A stretch of DNA of 64,000 bases from IMG/VR virus record IMGVR_UViG_3300030329_005540, positions 21,676 to 85,675 of that record; one strand, 5' to 3'. The translations under genes were made by a program, and so were the position numbers. A model generated the notes under the pieces. The model was given only the letters and a program-made list of their open reading frames with translations, was not told the DNA's origin and did no database searches. The DNA is from a virus. Numbering within the stretch: the stretch's first letter is position 1; each line of letters starts with the position of its first letter. Below, one piece after another: positions 19,178 through 29,887 of this stretch.

Positions 19178-20272
19178 TCAAGATTTCTTTAAAGTGTCTC
19201 TAAATTTATTAAACAAATACTTGCCAATTTCTTTATTCTCTTCGAAGTATTTTCTAAGGTTATCAATACCTTGGTGCTGTTGTTTAAACTCTAAGCCGGT
19301 TTCTTGTTTGACCTCTTCGATAAGTTCTTCTGAAACAGTCACCCAAGCACCAGCCTTTTTAGCCATGTCCCAAGCGAGCATCATATCAACTACCTCGTAC
19401 TCCACCCAAATACTTTTACCGCCGACGCGGCCATAGCGAATAGGGTATCTTACTTCTATCCCCGTTTTTTCATTTGCGCTTTTACGGAAAACTACTTTAC
19501 AATAATGACCAAGGTGATCGCCCTTACCATTCGGCTGAGTAGTGATTAAATCTTTTACGTAGCGAGGCTGAAACTCTAAAATCCAATCACTGTAATGTAA
19601 TATTGCGTTGCCTCCAGAAGCATTGGTCAATCTTGGGTCAGTTTTTTCATACGGGTTAATACTAACTTTGCTTCTAACTTGAGAAATCATATAACAAATA
19701 TGTCCTCGGGTAGCTAAACCCAACGCCATTCTTTTTAGGAAGTCCGATGTCAAAAGAGAACCGCCAGCTACTTTAACTGCTTCGTCAGACCCTTTTTCTA
19801 AATCACCTCTGGGAACCAAAGCATCCATAGAGTCAATGATAAACATGTATCTTGTATCAGAAGGATTATCTTTGACCATCTGCCGAATAAAATCAATAAC
19901 GGTTTCGTAAACATTGCATTTGAACACGAACCACTTATTTTCATCTGTATCTACTCCCGATCTCTCTACCATATCTGTAGACAGTCTTCCTTCGGACTTG
20001 ATGTAGACGACCATAGAGTTATCCATTTTTTGAAAGTTGCGGGCAAAGGATAACGAGCACGAAGTCTTTCCTCCTTCTGCTACTCCTGAAGCTCTAATTA
20101 TTCCGGGTTTAATACCGCCGCCCATTTCAATGTCCATTAAAAGGCTGCCGCTGGATATAGTATATTCTCTCTCTTCTTCGAAATTATAATGATCCCCTTT
20201 ATGTTCTTTGAGGTACGCTTGAATTTGCTCTAGGGGAGAGGTCGATACGGTCTCTGTTTTCTTTTTTCTCAT
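19178..20272 (-). CDS. recA: RecA/UvsX recombinase
   Basis: SSGSLLMDIEMGGG, Walker A GVAEGGKTS, IIDSMDAL, ISQVR, SGGNAILHYS. Confidence 0.92.
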   Translation of the reverse strand: MRKKKTETVSTSPLEQIQAYLKEHKGDHYNFEEEREYTISSGSLLMDIEMGGGIKPGIIRASGVAEGGKTSCSLSFARNFQKMDNSMVVYIKSEGRLSTDMVERSGVDTDENKWFVFKCNVYETVIDFIRQMVKDNPSDTRYMFIIDSMDALVPRGDLEKGSDEAVKVAGGSLLTSDFLKRMALGLATRGHICYMISQVRSKVSINPYEKTDPRLTNASGGNAILHYSDWILEFQPRYVKDLITTQPNGKGDHLGHYCKVVFRKSANEKTGIEVRYPIRYGRVGGKSIWVEYEVVDMMLAWDMAKKAGAWVTVSEELIEEVKQETGLEFKQQHQGIDNLRKYFEENKEIGKYLFNKFRDTLKKS

Positions 20273-20625
20273 TTTAAAAAGTCTAATAGATTTTTGGGTT
20301 TGGATTCTATCTGTTTATCTTCTCCTACTTTTTCGTCGCCTAACTGAAAAACGACGGGATCAAACCCTTTTAGGTCAATATTTTTTTTGTATTTAATTAA
20401 ATACGTCTTACCTTCGTCGCTTAAAAACCAAGCAAGACTATTCAACTTAAAGGGAAGATACAGTTTTGTCCAGAACTTTTCTTCAGAAATATACTCAAAC
20501 AACTTTTTAGCGATTGCCATCTCGCGTTTAACAACGCCGCGATTATTCCACACCTTTTCCGGCTCTTTGCAGAACTTGGAAATTAATCTTTGATATTTAT
20601 TGGGCCTCCGCTTGGATTTTCGCAT
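20269..20625 (-). CDS. Hypothetical protein
   Basis: 118 aa ORF translationally coupled to recA. Confidence 0.6.
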   Translation of the reverse strand: MRKSKRRPNKYQRLISKFCKEPEKVWNNRGVVKREMAIAKKLFEYISEEKFWTKLYLPFKLNSLAWFLSDEGKTYLIKYKKNIDLKGFDPVVFQLGDEKVGEDKQIESKPKNLLDFLK

Positions 20626-21686
20626 TGTAAATCATATTTTACCATACGCTTTACAAGATCGTCAAATGAAATTTTCGGCCTCCACCCTAATTCAGACATG
20701 GCTTCGCTTGGGTCTCCCCATAATAAATCAACTTCAGCGGGTCGATAAAACTCAGAATTAACCTTGACCAAGGTATATTTATGTGGCCCCGCCAATCTGA
20801 CATATTTTTCCTCTAAGCCTTCTCCCTCCCAATCACATGGCCCGAATCCGGCGGCAGCAAAAGCTTTTTCTACAAATTCTCTGATAGAATGAGTCTCTCC
20901 GCTAGCTAAAAGATAATCTTTAGGATCGTCTTGATTGAGCATCAACCAAATACCCTTTACGAAATCTTCGCTGTCGCTCCAATCTCTTTTCGCGTCTAAA
21001 TTGCCTAATTCAATTGTGCTATGTTTTTTACACTGACCTTTTCTATCGCTCCAAGTTCTGCTAAAGTTGTTAATTTGAAAAAATAATTTAGCCACGCCTT
21101 TGGAAATTTTTCTAGTAACGAACTCTTCGCCACGCTTTGTGCCTTCGTGGTTGAACAAAAGGCCATGAACTGCGTACATATCATAAGACTCTCGGTATAC
21201 TTTAACAAGGTGAGCCGCCGCGCATTTAGATGCCCCATAAGGACTGCGAGGTTTCATTGGGTGCTTCATGTCTTGGGGGGAATAGTCTACGTCGCCAAAT
21301 TGTTCACTGCTCCCTGCGCTATAAAATCTACAATCTGGTTTATACTTGCGGATTGCTTCTAAGCAGCGTATGACTCCTCCGGTATTAGTGTCCAATACGT
21401 GAAGAGGCATATCCCAGCTACATCCAACAAAAGAATTTGCTGCGAAATTGATAAAATAATCAGGTTGAATTTCTTGAACTAATTTGTCTATACTAATTTC
21501 ATCGGTTAGGTCTCCATAAACTAACTGAAAATTTTCATCATCTAAGAAACTCTTACAGTTGACGAAGTTCGGGTTAGAGCTTCTTCTAATCATGCCGAAT
21601 ACCTTATGACCCCTATCTCTAAGGAGGTACTCGCACATATTCGCCCCGTCTTGGCCCGTTATACCTGTAACTAAAACTTTTCTCAT
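20583..21686 (-). CDS. gmd: GDP-mannose 4,6-dehydratase
   Basis: TGITGQDG, SPYGASK, LFNHEG, FVTRKI, LGNLDAKRDW, YRPAEVDLL. Confidence 0.95.
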   Translation of the reverse strand: MRKVLVTGITGQDGANMCEYLLRDRGHKVFGMIRRSSNPNFVNCKSFLDDENFQLVYGDLTDEISIDKLVQEIQPDYFINFAANSFVGCSWDMPLHVLDTNTGGVIRCLEAIRKYKPDCRFYSAGSSEQFGDVDYSPQDMKHPMKPRSPYGASKCAAAHLVKVYRESYDMYAVHGLLFNHEGTKRGEEFVTRKISKGVAKLFFQINNFSRTWSDRKGQCKKHSTIELGNLDAKRDWSDSEDFVKGIWLMLNQDDPKDYLLASGETHSIREFVEKAFAAAGFGPCDWEGEGLEEKYVRLAGPHKYTLVKVNSEFYRPAEVDLLWGDPSEAMSELGWRPKISFDDLVKRMVKYDLQCENPSGGPINIKD

Positions 21687-22648
21687 ACGCTTCTTATTTT
21701 ATTAATGTTATCTTTATACCAATTATAAGTGCTGACAAGTCCATCTTCTAAAGAGATTTTATGCTTCCAACCTAATTTATTTATCCTTTGATTATCTAGT
21801 ACTCTTTTAAGGGTTCCGTCAGGTTTCGATAAATCGAATGTAATTTCGCCCTCGTATCCAACTGTCTTTGCTATTAGATGGGATAGGTTTTTGATAGAAA
21901 TTTCTTCTCCCGTTCCGATGTTAAGTTGAGAAATACCCTGAGAATAGATATCTTTAGCTGATACATTTTCGAGAGCGTAAACACACGCATCAGCTAAATC
22001 GTCTACATGCATAAACTCTCTCATGGCTTCGCCAGTGCCCCAAACCTCGACGCTGGGAGCGCCTGATTCTTTCGCCTCGTGAAATCTTCTGATGAGAGCC
22101 GGGAGAACGTGTGAGTTTTCCGGGTGGAAATTATCGTTCTCGCCATATAAATTCGCGGGCATAACAGAAAAGAAGTCTTTTTCGTACTGTTTGTAATAGC
22201 TCTCGCACATCTTTATACCAGCGATCTTAGCGATGGCGTAAGGCTCGTTGGTTGGTTCGAGAGGAGACCTAAGTAAATACTCTTCTCTAATAGGCTGATC
22301 TGTAAATTTTGGATAAATACAAACGCTACCCAAAAAGAGTAGCTTTTTAACCCCTAGCTCATAACTAGAATTAATTAAATTATTTTGTATTTGTAAATTT
22401 TCATAAATAAAATCTGCGCGGTATACGTTATTGGCGTGAATGCCACCGACTTTCGCAGCAGCGTCAATCACGATATCAGGCTGGCAACTCCAAAGATAAC
22501 GATAGACTCCTTCTTGATCAAGGAGGTTAAGCTCTCCTCTAGTTTGAGTCATGACATTATTGTATCCCTTGGACTTAAGCCGTCTAAGGATAGCAGACCC
22601 CACCATCCCACGATGGCCCGCTACAAATATTTTATCTTCTTTATTCAT
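21683..22648 (-). CDS. fcl: GDP-L-fucose synthase
   Basis: AGHRGMVGSA, AAAKVGGI.AN, LEPTNEPYAIAK, MPANLYG.NDNF, SHVLPAL. Confidence 0.95.
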   Translation of the reverse strand: MNKEDKIFVAGHRGMVGSAILRRLKSKGYNNVMTQTRGELNLLDQEGVYRYLWSCQPDIVIDAAAKVGGIHANNVYRADFIYENLQIQNNLINSSYELGVKKLLFLGSVCIYPKFTDQPIREEYLLRSPLEPTNEPYAIAKIAGIKMCESYYKQYEKDFFSVMPANLYGENDNFHPENSHVLPALIRRFHEAKESGAPSVEVWGTGEAMREFMHVDDLADACVYALENVSAKDIYSQGISQLNIGTGEEISIKNLSHLIAKTVGYEGEITFDLSKPDGTLKRVLDNQRINKLGWKHKISLEDGLVSTYNWYKDNINKIRSV

Positions 22649-22649
22649 A

Positions 22650-23603
22650 TCAACGAGACAATATTCCTTCTATTGTTTTAACATAATTAGGTACAATTAC
22701 TTCCCAACTAAAATTATCTTCTGCATATTTTCTAATATCTTTTCTCATAGAAATAGATTTTTGTCTATTTAATGCTATTGTTTTTCGTATAAAGTCTTCG
22801 TCTTGGATTTTATCTTCTGGAATTACATCAATAAATGGTAAATTAGTATCTAAGTTAGCCGTTGTGTATTCCGATATAACCAAACCCAACCCCGCCATCA
22901 ATCCTTCTAGACATGACAATGAATGAGCTTCCCCATCGCTTAATAAAATCATGTTTGCATAATTAGTTAAATTATTATATAAATATTCTTTATCCCATTC
23001 ACCTAAATATTCTGGGCTATTAATATCAAATCTATCATCTGCATGATTTCCGGCGAAATCAATATTCATCGCCTTACCTTGGAATAAATGCTGCCTTTTT
23101 CTGTAGTCTATTTTAGCGAGGTATATTGACGTATTTGGTTTAGAGCAGTTTTCGTCAAATCTAAACAGATCGTTTCTGGCTCCGTTGGGCGTGACAAAAA
23201 CATTTTCCTCTGGTATGCCTTTGAGCAGCATAAAGGTTTTTTTAATGCCTTCTGAAAGAGCAAAAACGTAACAAGGAACTCGGTTATAATAGTTAAAGAC
23301 CTGAGAATAAGCGCCGTGCTTCGCGGGCTGCTCTAGATATGCGTAATGACATGTCGCCGCTTTATGTGGACACTTCAGGTAGTCTAACAGCGGAAGATAA
23401 TCATCGTATTGTAAATGTACAAAATGAGGGTTGAAAGAATTAACATCCTTGATGACCTCGGTTAAATCAGGCTTGTTAAAGATCGCTACCTCATGCCCTA
23501 GATCGAGAAGTCCCTCTGAATAATCCCAGATTAAAGACTCAATTGCGCCCCAGCCTTTCGGCGGGATAGGCATCAGACCCGGCCCTATTATACCTATCTT
23601 CAT
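22650..23603 (-). CDS. GT4 glycosyltransferase (tandem paralogue B)
   Basis: PIPPKGWGAIE, YLAKIDYRKRQ, EAHSLSCLEGL. Confidence 0.8.
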   Translation of the reverse strand: MKIGIIGPGLMPIPPKGWGAIESLIWDYSEGLLDLGHEVAIFNKPDLTEVIKDVNSFNPHFVHLQYDDYLPLLDYLKCPHKAATCHYAYLEQPAKHGAYSQVFNYYNRVPCYVFALSEGIKKTFMLLKGIPEENVFVTPNGARNDLFRFDENCSKPNTSIYLAKIDYRKRQHLFQGKAMNIDFAGNHADDRFDINSPEYLGEWDKEYLYNNLTNYANMILLSDGEAHSLSCLEGLMAGLGLVISEYTTANLDTNLPFIDVIPEDKIQDEDFIRKTIALNRQKSISMRKDIRKYAEDNFSWEVIVPNYVKTIEGILSR

Positions 23604-24535
23604 TTACCTAAAATCCCTTCGTATTTCTTCATGATATTAGACCAATCAAAATTATCTATTGCGTATTGTCTAATTTCTGAGCGCATTGCTAAAGAGGTCA
23701 CTCTATTTTCTTCTATGGCGCTTCTCAAGTAATCAACGTCATTTACTTTTTCTTCTGGAATTACTGTGATAAATGGTAGATCGGTGTCTAAATTAGCGTG
23801 AGCAAATTCTGAAAGAACCAGACCCAAGCCCGATGCTAACGCCTCTATTCCTACTACCGGATGAGCTTCAGCAGTACTTAGCAGCACCATATTCGCGTAT
23901 TCAGTAAGCCCTTCGTATATCTGTTTTTTTGTAAGCTCGCCAATATATTCACCCTCGGCGGGATTAAAGCTTTGGTCGTGTACTCCTCCTGCAAAATGGA
24001 TACCCAAGCCCTTGTCCTGTACTAAGGTTTGTCGTTTGCGTGGTTCAATTTTAGCTAAATAAATTGATTTACAAGGATATTTTATATTATCTTCTTTGAA
24101 GTTGTACAGCTTCGAGTCAACCCCATTAGGTAATACAATTACTTGATCTGAATCACACCCCCTTTCAATAAAAGCATTCTTAATCCCCTCTGAAAGCGCT
24201 ACAATTTTACACCCGCTGTCCTTGCAATCAGTATAAATCCAAGTATATTGGGGCTCTGGATTTTCTAAAAAAGGATAATGGCTAGTAACAAATTTGTTTG
24301 GGCATTCAATATGATTCATCAGATGCGCGTAGGCGTCGTAATGAAGGTGAACGGCGTCGTAGTCTTTCGAATTAGCTTGTTTTACGATCTCGTTTAAGTC
24401 TTTTGTGTTGATTATGTCAACATCGTGGCCGTTCTCAACTAGCTTGTTTCTATAATCCCATATTAATATCTCTACCGCGCCCCATGAAGTCGGGGGAATA
24501 GGCATCATTCCGGGGCCAATCAGCGCAATTTTCAT
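23600..24535 (-). CDS. GT4 glycosyltransferase (tandem paralogue A)
   Basis: PIPPTSWGAVE, YLAKIEPRKRQ, EAHPVVGIEAL. Confidence 0.8.
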   Translation of the reverse strand: MKIALIGPGMMPIPPTSWGAVEILIWDYRNKLVENGHDVDIINTKDLNEIVKQANSKDYDAVHLHYDAYAHLMNHIECPNKFVTSHYPFLENPEPQYTWIYTDCKDSGCKIVALSEGIKNAFIERGCDSDQVIVLPNGVDSKLYNFKEDNIKYPCKSIYLAKIEPRKRQTLVQDKGLGIHFAGGVHDQSFNPAEGEYIGELTKKQIYEGLTEYANMVLLSTAEAHPVVGIEALASGLGLVLSEFAHANLDTDLPFITVIPEEKVNDVDYLRSAIEENRVTSLAMRSEIRQYAIDNFDWSNIMKKYEGILGK

Positions 24536-24536
24536 T

Positions 24537-25502
24537 TTATAAAGTTATTTTAAGCCATTCTTTTAAAATGGCTAGTTCTTTCTTTTGTACGATGTCGTGT
24601 AAGTATAAATTGTTATAAAGTCCTAATAAATCTTCAGGTTTTTGAGGATGAAAATCTTTTAAAATTTTAATAACCTTCGGGGTGTGAAGATATACGGGGA
24701 TTTCGTCAATAAAATCATCGAAAAATTCATGAGCATTTCGTTCCTGATACACCGTAGCGTGGTTATGACCTATTCTGCCTCCGTGCATCCAAATCATTTT
24801 TTGAGCTACGTAAGAACGTAAAATGTCGCAGTATCTAAATGCGACGGTGCATGGTACATATAAATTATAGAACGTCTCTGGGCTTATCCAGATAGTATTC
24901 TGAGTATTAAACGGCGCGTAAACTTCTTCACCTAAAACAATTTGCTTTCTTGTTTTAAATTTTACTTTATTGTTTCTAGTTAGTCTATAAATTGCATCTA
25001 CATCAGGCTCAATGTCCGCTAACCCCTGCCAAACATGAACGGGTGCGTCATTCTCTTCATAGACATGTCGCTGTCTCTTATTAACTAAACTTAAGTCGTA
25101 CCCACGCGGCCATATTTTTTTGCTTGTAAATTCTTTTAAAGTATTTGGCCTTTCGGGTGACACCAGCACCTTGCTAGTAGAATATTTTTCATAGTTACCC
25201 CAGCTTTTATAAGGTATGTTGTCGTCATCAGTCTCCGCTATGATTTTGTATCCATTTTGAATCGCGTATAAATACCCTAAATTTTTGCGGCAATAATGAT
25301 TGTTGGGTATTAACTTAGATAACTTTGAAGAGACTTCTTCTTGCTCCTCCAAGCCTAGAAAAGTTAAGTCGTTTCTTTGACGGTAGCTGCTCTCGCTTGT
25401 TTTTAAGTCTCCGACAACAATTAAATCATATTCGCTTTTAGCGAAAGCCTCTATACATTTATTGGGCTCATTTATTGTTGTGATTATAATGCACTTTTTC
25501 AT
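24537..25502 (-). CDS. STELLO/DUF288-like GT-A glycosyltransferase
   Basis: IIITTIN.P, VVGDLKT, YCRKNLGYLYAI, ETDDDN, WPRG, QGLADIEPDVDAIYRL, PFNTQNT, FRYCDILRSY. Confidence 0.85.
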   Translation of the reverse strand: MKKCIIITTINEPNKCIEAFAKSEYDLIVVGDLKTSESSYRQRNDLTFLGLEEQEEVSSKLSKLIPNNHYCRKNLGYLYAIQNGYKIIAETDDDNIPYKSWGNYEKYSTSKVLVSPERPNTLKEFTSKKIWPRGYDLSLVNKRQRHVYEENDAPVHVWQGLADIEPDVDAIYRLTRNNKVKFKTRKQIVLGEEVYAPFNTQNTIWISPETFYNLYVPCTVAFRYCDILRSYVAQKMIWMHGGRIGHNHATVYQERNAHEFFDDFIDEIPVYLHTPKVIKILKDFHPQKPEDLLGLYNNLYLHDIVQKKELAILKEWLKITL

Positions 25503-26530
25503 TTAAAGTTTATCATATGTTTCAGAACAGCTTGAGGATTTTCCACGCAGGATTCAAAAGAAGATTGTATGTCCTCTAATTCTGAATTGTTTGTGACTAA
25601 ATTGATAATAGACCTATCCTCCGAAAACAGTGCAACGCATTGAGGCAGCGTCAAGTTGTTTCTCCTGACATTGATAATATCCAACTCTTTAATTCTCATT
25701 TTGTGAGGATTCAAAGACACGTAATCTTCCGAGGGGATTCCCATTATTGCGACCTTACCCCCAAGAGAAGCGGCGGAAAAACAATTGTTAATTGTGATAG
25801 CTTTACCGGCGGCGTCGATACATATACTCGTACCTTCGCCATTCGTTAAGTCTTTAATCACGTCTAAACATTTTTCATCTGCGATCACTGTTTCAGTAGC
25901 TCCATAATTTTTAGCCATCTCAAGCCTACTATTTAAGGGGTCTACCATTATAACTTTTTTGATACCTACCTTCTTAGCGACGAGGAGTGCTGAGATGCCA
26001 ATCATTCCTGCTCCAAAGATGGTTATAGAATCTCCAATTTGAGGATTGACTCTATTCATGCAATGCACGGCGATGCCTATTGGCTCCATAAGGGAGGCTT
26101 CTTCAAAAGACATTGCGTCAGGAATTTTTTCAAGCTGCCTATCGCTTAGTATCGCGTAATCTCTAAACGCGCCTAAATCTGTCGCGCCCATGAATTTTAC
26201 GCTGGAGCATAAATTATGCCTTCCTTTCTCACAGCACTTGCATTTGTTGCCGCAGGACAGTCCCGGCTCTATAGCTACTCTGTCGCCCTCTTTAAATCTT
26301 TTGCTCTTACTTTCTACCACGATTCCCGCTGGCTCATGACCCATTTCCATTGGCATCTTTTGCTTAAAGCTACCTAATCCGCCATGTAGATAATAATTAA
26401 GGTCTGACCCGCATATACCAACGGCCTCCATTTTTACCAAGCAGGTCGAGTCTTGTAGAGATGTCGTAAGCGTTTGCTCAGAAAGCTCCATTCTCCCTAT
26501 ATCAACTAATTTCGCTACTCTAATCTTCAC
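25499..26530 (-). CDS. Zn-dependent (MDR) sugar/polyol dehydrogenase
   Basis: GICGSD, GHE, structural Zn Cys cluster, GAGMIG. GTG start at 26530 overlaps the upstream TGA. Confidence 0.9.
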   Translation of the reverse strand: MKIRVAKLVDIGRMELSEQTLTTSLQDSTCLVKMEAVGICGSDLNYYLHGGLGSFKQKMPMEMGHEPAGIVVESKSKRFKEGDRVAIEPGLSCGNKCKCCEKGRHNLCSSVKFMGATDLGAFRDYAILSDRQLEKIPDAMSFEEASLMEPIGIAVHCMNRVNPQIGDSITIFGAGMIGISALLVAKKVGIKKVIMVDPLNSRLEMAKNYGATETVIADEKCLDVIKDLTNGEGTSICIDAAGKAITINNCFSAASLGGKVAIMGIPSEDYVSLNPHKMRIKELDIINVRRNNLTLPQCVALFSEDRSIINLVTNNSELEDIQSSFESCVENPQAVLKHMINFK

Positions 26531-27657
26531 TGTGAATCTAGTTCCTTTAGCACCTCGCACACATAATCCGCCTCGGAATCAGTTAATTCCGGGTAAAGCG
26601 GAGGACAAATGTGCATGTCGCTTATATATTCTGTGTTCGGGAAGGATTCTTTTGCAAATATTTTTTCATATTTCGGTTGTTTATGCACTGGAATTTCATA
26701 AACTTGCCCTGTTAAGGATATTCCGCGTTCTTTACAGTGGTTTTTTAACCTCTTGCTTTCTTTGCTGCTGGCGTGGCCCCATTTACCGACTTTTAAAATT
26801 AATTTATAATAAGAACAAAAACCTGTTTCTTGTTTTACTACTTCATAATTAGTCTTTTTTAAATTCCTTTCATATATTCTGACTAAATGGTTTCTTCTGC
26901 GTATTCTTTTCTTTACTCGTTGTAATTCTAAGTGGCCCATGAGTCCTGTGAACTCGCTAACCTTGTAATTGTTTCCGTCTGGATTTACGCATAAGATGGA
27001 GCCATCACTGGGTCTGCCGAAGTTTTTAATCGACCTCATCTTTTCGTAAAGCTCGGAGTCGTTAGTCGTGATCATGCCGCCTTCCCCGGTAGTCATTACC
27101 TTGGTCGGGAACATGCTAAAGCATCCAACTGACCCGATGGAGCCCGCCGTATAGCCGTCTATGTTAGAACCGTGGGCGTGGGCTGCATCTTCAACCAGCG
27201 GGACATTATTCTTCTTGCATATCTCTACGATTCTTTTAATGTACGGCGAGATTATGCCTCCTATATGCACTAGGACAACCGCTCCAGTTTGCTCGGTTAT
27301 CTTTTCTTCTAGCGAGCTTGGAGACATGCAGAACGAATCTAGCTCGGCGTCAACCAGAACTAATTCGCCGCCAGCATTTTCTACGGCTAAAGCAGTGGCG
27401 AAAAAAGTATTGGATGGAATTATTACTTCTTTACCTTTAACACCGATGGCTTTGAGGGCGACTTCAATGGCCGTGGTTCCTGAAGATATAGCTAGAGCGT
27501 GTTCGGCGTTGCTTAATTTAGCAAAACCCTTCTCGAACTCTCTAACGTATTTGCCTTCGCTTAATAAATTATTACCTGATAAAATTTCAGTGCTTAATTT
27601 ATTCCAATCGTAAATAAATTCATCTTCGAACTCAAGTTTGAAAATTGGTATATTCAT
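26527..27657 (-). CDS. DegT/DnrJ/EryC1/StrS PLP aminotransferase
   Basis: SSGTTA, VEDAAHAHG, SMFPTKVMTTGEGG. Confidence 0.92.
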   Translation of the reverse strand: MNIPIFKLEFEDEFIYDWNKLSTEILSGNNLLSEGKYVREFEKGFAKLSNAEHALAISSGTTAIEVALKAIGVKGKEVIIPSNTFFATALAVENAGGELVLVDAELDSFCMSPSSLEEKITEQTGAVVLVHIGGIISPYIKRIVEICKKNNVPLVEDAAHAHGSNIDGYTAGSIGSVGCFSMFPTKVMTTGEGGMITTNDSELYEKMRSIKNFGRPSDGSILCVNPDGNNYKVSEFTGLMGHLELQRVKKRIRRRNHLVRIYERNLKKTNYEVVKQETGFCSYYKLILKVGKWGHASSKESKRLKNHCKERGISLTGQVYEIPVHKQPKYEKIFAKESFPNTEYISDMHICPPLYPELTDSEADYVCEVLKELDSQ

Positions 27658-28544
27658 TTAAGAATCTTGCTATATTTGCTGAGTATTATATTTATCTGTT
27701 CTTTAATAACTCCTGAGTATTTTTCAGATGGGTCTCTCCTGCTGGTGTCACAATGCAAGAGCATCACTTTGGAGAATTGTTTTTCGTATGAATTCTTGCC
27801 CCAGAAATTTCCATCTTGAAAAATTAAAGGCATATGCTCATCACCCATAAAGCAGTGGTTTATTGCCCCACTTAATAAAATGGCTTTATCTTTGTTTTGA
27901 ACAACATGACTAAAGAAAACCTCATCGGTTAAGCCTTGAATATATTCGTCATCAGAAGAATAAACATCGTCGTAAATTTCTAAAACTTCTCTAAAAATTT
28001 CCTTGTTGTCTTCAGTGGTTTCAAATACGAAGCATCCCCCCGTAAGTAAAAAGTGCTTTTCATTTAACCCTATTCTTTCTTTTACCTCTTGAAACGCCGC
28101 CTTGTTTCCCGCAGGGACAGCCATCGCTTCAAAATGGCGAAGCGTAGGAACCCAAAAGTGGGGAGACGCGCCGACTTTACCGTTTAAATCTTTTACTATT
28201 AGAGGCAGCGTATTGTTTATGAATAAAGTATCCGTATCTACATACGCGCCAAACTTGGTTTCAATCTCTAACGCAGCTTTGTATTTTTGCTTCCAGAATA
28301 AATAGCCTTTCTTTCCGGGTTTTTCAAAGTCTATTTCATTCGGCTTGTGATGCACCGTTATTTTGTTGGAGATTTGATACTTCGATTGTATCTCGTCTGA
28401 ACTTAGAGTTTCCCCTATCTCCCAAATCAAAAACTCTCCACTGAACCCTACGTCTGTAAGACTAGTCATGCTAGCTAGCATGTTTTTGTAGTGCTGCTGG
28501 TCTCCCCCAACCACGTAATAAACTGTCGTATTAGAGTTTCTCAT
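27654..28544 (-). CDS. GT-A fold glycosyltransferase (GT8-like)
   Basis: YVDTDT DxD motif, GGCFVF, TDEVFF. Confidence 0.6.
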   Translation of the reverse strand: MRNSNTTVYYVVGGDQQHYKNMLASMTSLTDVGFSGEFLIWEIGETLSSDEIQSKYQISNKITVHHKPNEIDFEKPGKKGYLFWKQKYKAALEIETKFGAYVDTDTLFINNTLPLIVKDLNGKVGASPHFWVPTLRHFEAMAVPAGNKAAFQEVKERIGLNEKHFLLTGGCFVFETTEDNKEIFREVLEIYDDVYSSDDEYIQGLTDEVFFSHVVQNKDKAILLSGAINHCFMGDEHMPLIFQDGNFWGKNSYEKQFSKVMLLHCDTSRRDPSEKYSGVIKEQINIILSKYSKILK

Positions 28545-29307
28545 ATTTTACATCAGCCTTTTTCATTAAGTTGTCGAATTCTTCTTTATCTAAGCGCTTT
28601 AACCCAGCCCATTCCATAGTAGAATTAAAGGCGTCTACATCCTTGAGTAAAAGTTCGATTCCGATGTTATGCGTGTCATCGTCTTCCTCTAAAAATGGTG
28701 GACAATAATAATAGTCTCTCAGCTTGCCCGTAAATTCCTCACAAAACCATCTACCTGAAGGAGAGTTATGTTTCCTACCGCTTTTTTCTTCTCTTTCTAA
28801 AAATAAAAATTTAGGTTTTTTAAATGCTAGTTTCCACAAGGGGATCGCCGCAGAATTTCTTGGGTCTTTCCACCCCCAAGGCTTAGAGTAGTCTGGTTCT
28901 CCTCCCCAGAATTCGCTTAAGCATTTTTCTAATTGTACATTTCCCCACGCTGGGTTAACGCCGCCCATAAGTTGACTAGCGTTAAGACCATCACCTGACA
29001 ATCTCTCAAATACTATCTTGATCGCATCAGAGTTCTCTAAAACAGATAAATAAAAATTCCATGTGCTGAGATGCATCATCTCGGTGTCGTTTGTATAAGG
29101 CAGGAAATTTTTTAGCGCAGTACAATTAATTTTAACCATTGCGTCTGACTCGTGCAATACTCGCTTGCCTTGCTCGTCGTCTCTTTTGCCTAGCGCATCC
29201 CCCGCGTCAACCCCGGCAAATAAACCATTCAAGCGTAAAACTTTAGTTGCAAGAGAAGTTCCTCCCCCGTGTGCTCCGCATACGATAATTGGATTTTCAA
29301 ATTTCAT
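28531..29307 (-). CDS. Sulfotransferase-like protein
   Basis: 5'-PSB loop GAHGGGTS and WGWKDPR. Confidence 0.75.
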   Translation of the reverse strand: MKFENPIIVCGAHGGGTSLATKVLRLNGLFAGVDAGDALGKRDDEQGKRVLHESDAMVKINCTALKNFLPYTNDTEMMHLSTWNFYLSVLENSDAIKIVFERLSGDGLNASQLMGGVNPAWGNVQLEKCLSEFWGGEPDYSKPWGWKDPRNSAAIPLWKLAFKKPKFLFLEREEKSGRKHNSPSGRWFCEEFTGKLRDYYYCPPFLEEDDDTHNIGIELLLKDVDAFNSTMEWAGLKRLDKEEFDNLMKKADVKYEKL

Positions 29308-29887
29308 AATTAAAAATCTTATAATCTTTTTTGTAAATTCTTTTGATTATATTTTCTGCTTCTTTACTAGCTTTATATTCTTTCACCCCCTTGTTTTCAT
29401 GTCTTAAGTTGTTATCTACTCCAAGTTTATCCGTAATAAATTTGTAATCTTCTTCAATTGTTTCTAATTTACCAAGATAATCGACTATAACTTTCTCTTC
29501 TTCATCACATAAGAAATAATACTGGGGAGCTAAATGATCTATCAACTGCAATGGATCAGACTTGTTTAAAAAATTAATACAAAACTCATCAAAATTATCA
29601 GAGTTATCTACAGCAGAAAACACATCCTCATCAACAGACTGTCTTTGAAATGTTTTAGAATTTTTAAAATAATTATACGCCGAAATAGCGCGAGCCAAAG
29701 GGTTTCTACAGAACCCAAAAACAAAATATTCTTCGTATATTTTTGGATACGCAGACTTTAAGAAAAGAGCGGGGAAGTGCCCTCCGTAAGTGAGTCGATC
29801 CCATCCTAGGGATTCAGCTACGCTGCGACCAGCAACCTTGGGTACGTGTACGAAAATGCATTTTTTATTGTGACAAATATGTTCCAT
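29297..29887 (-). CDS. Sulfotransferase family 2 (carbohydrate sulfotransferase-like)
   Basis: FVHVPKVAGRS, FCRNPLARAISAY, HLAPQ, IYKKDYKIFNY. Confidence 0.88.
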   Translation of the reverse strand: MEHICHNKKCIFVHVPKVAGRSVAESLGWDRLTYGGHFPALFLKSAYPKIYEEYFVFGFCRNPLARAISAYNYFKNSKTFQRQSVDEDVFSAVDNSDNFDEFCINFLNKSDPLQLIDHLAPQYYFLCDEEEKVIVDYLGKLETIEEDYKFITDKLGVDNNLRHENKGVKEYKASKEAENIIKRIYKKDYKIFNYEI

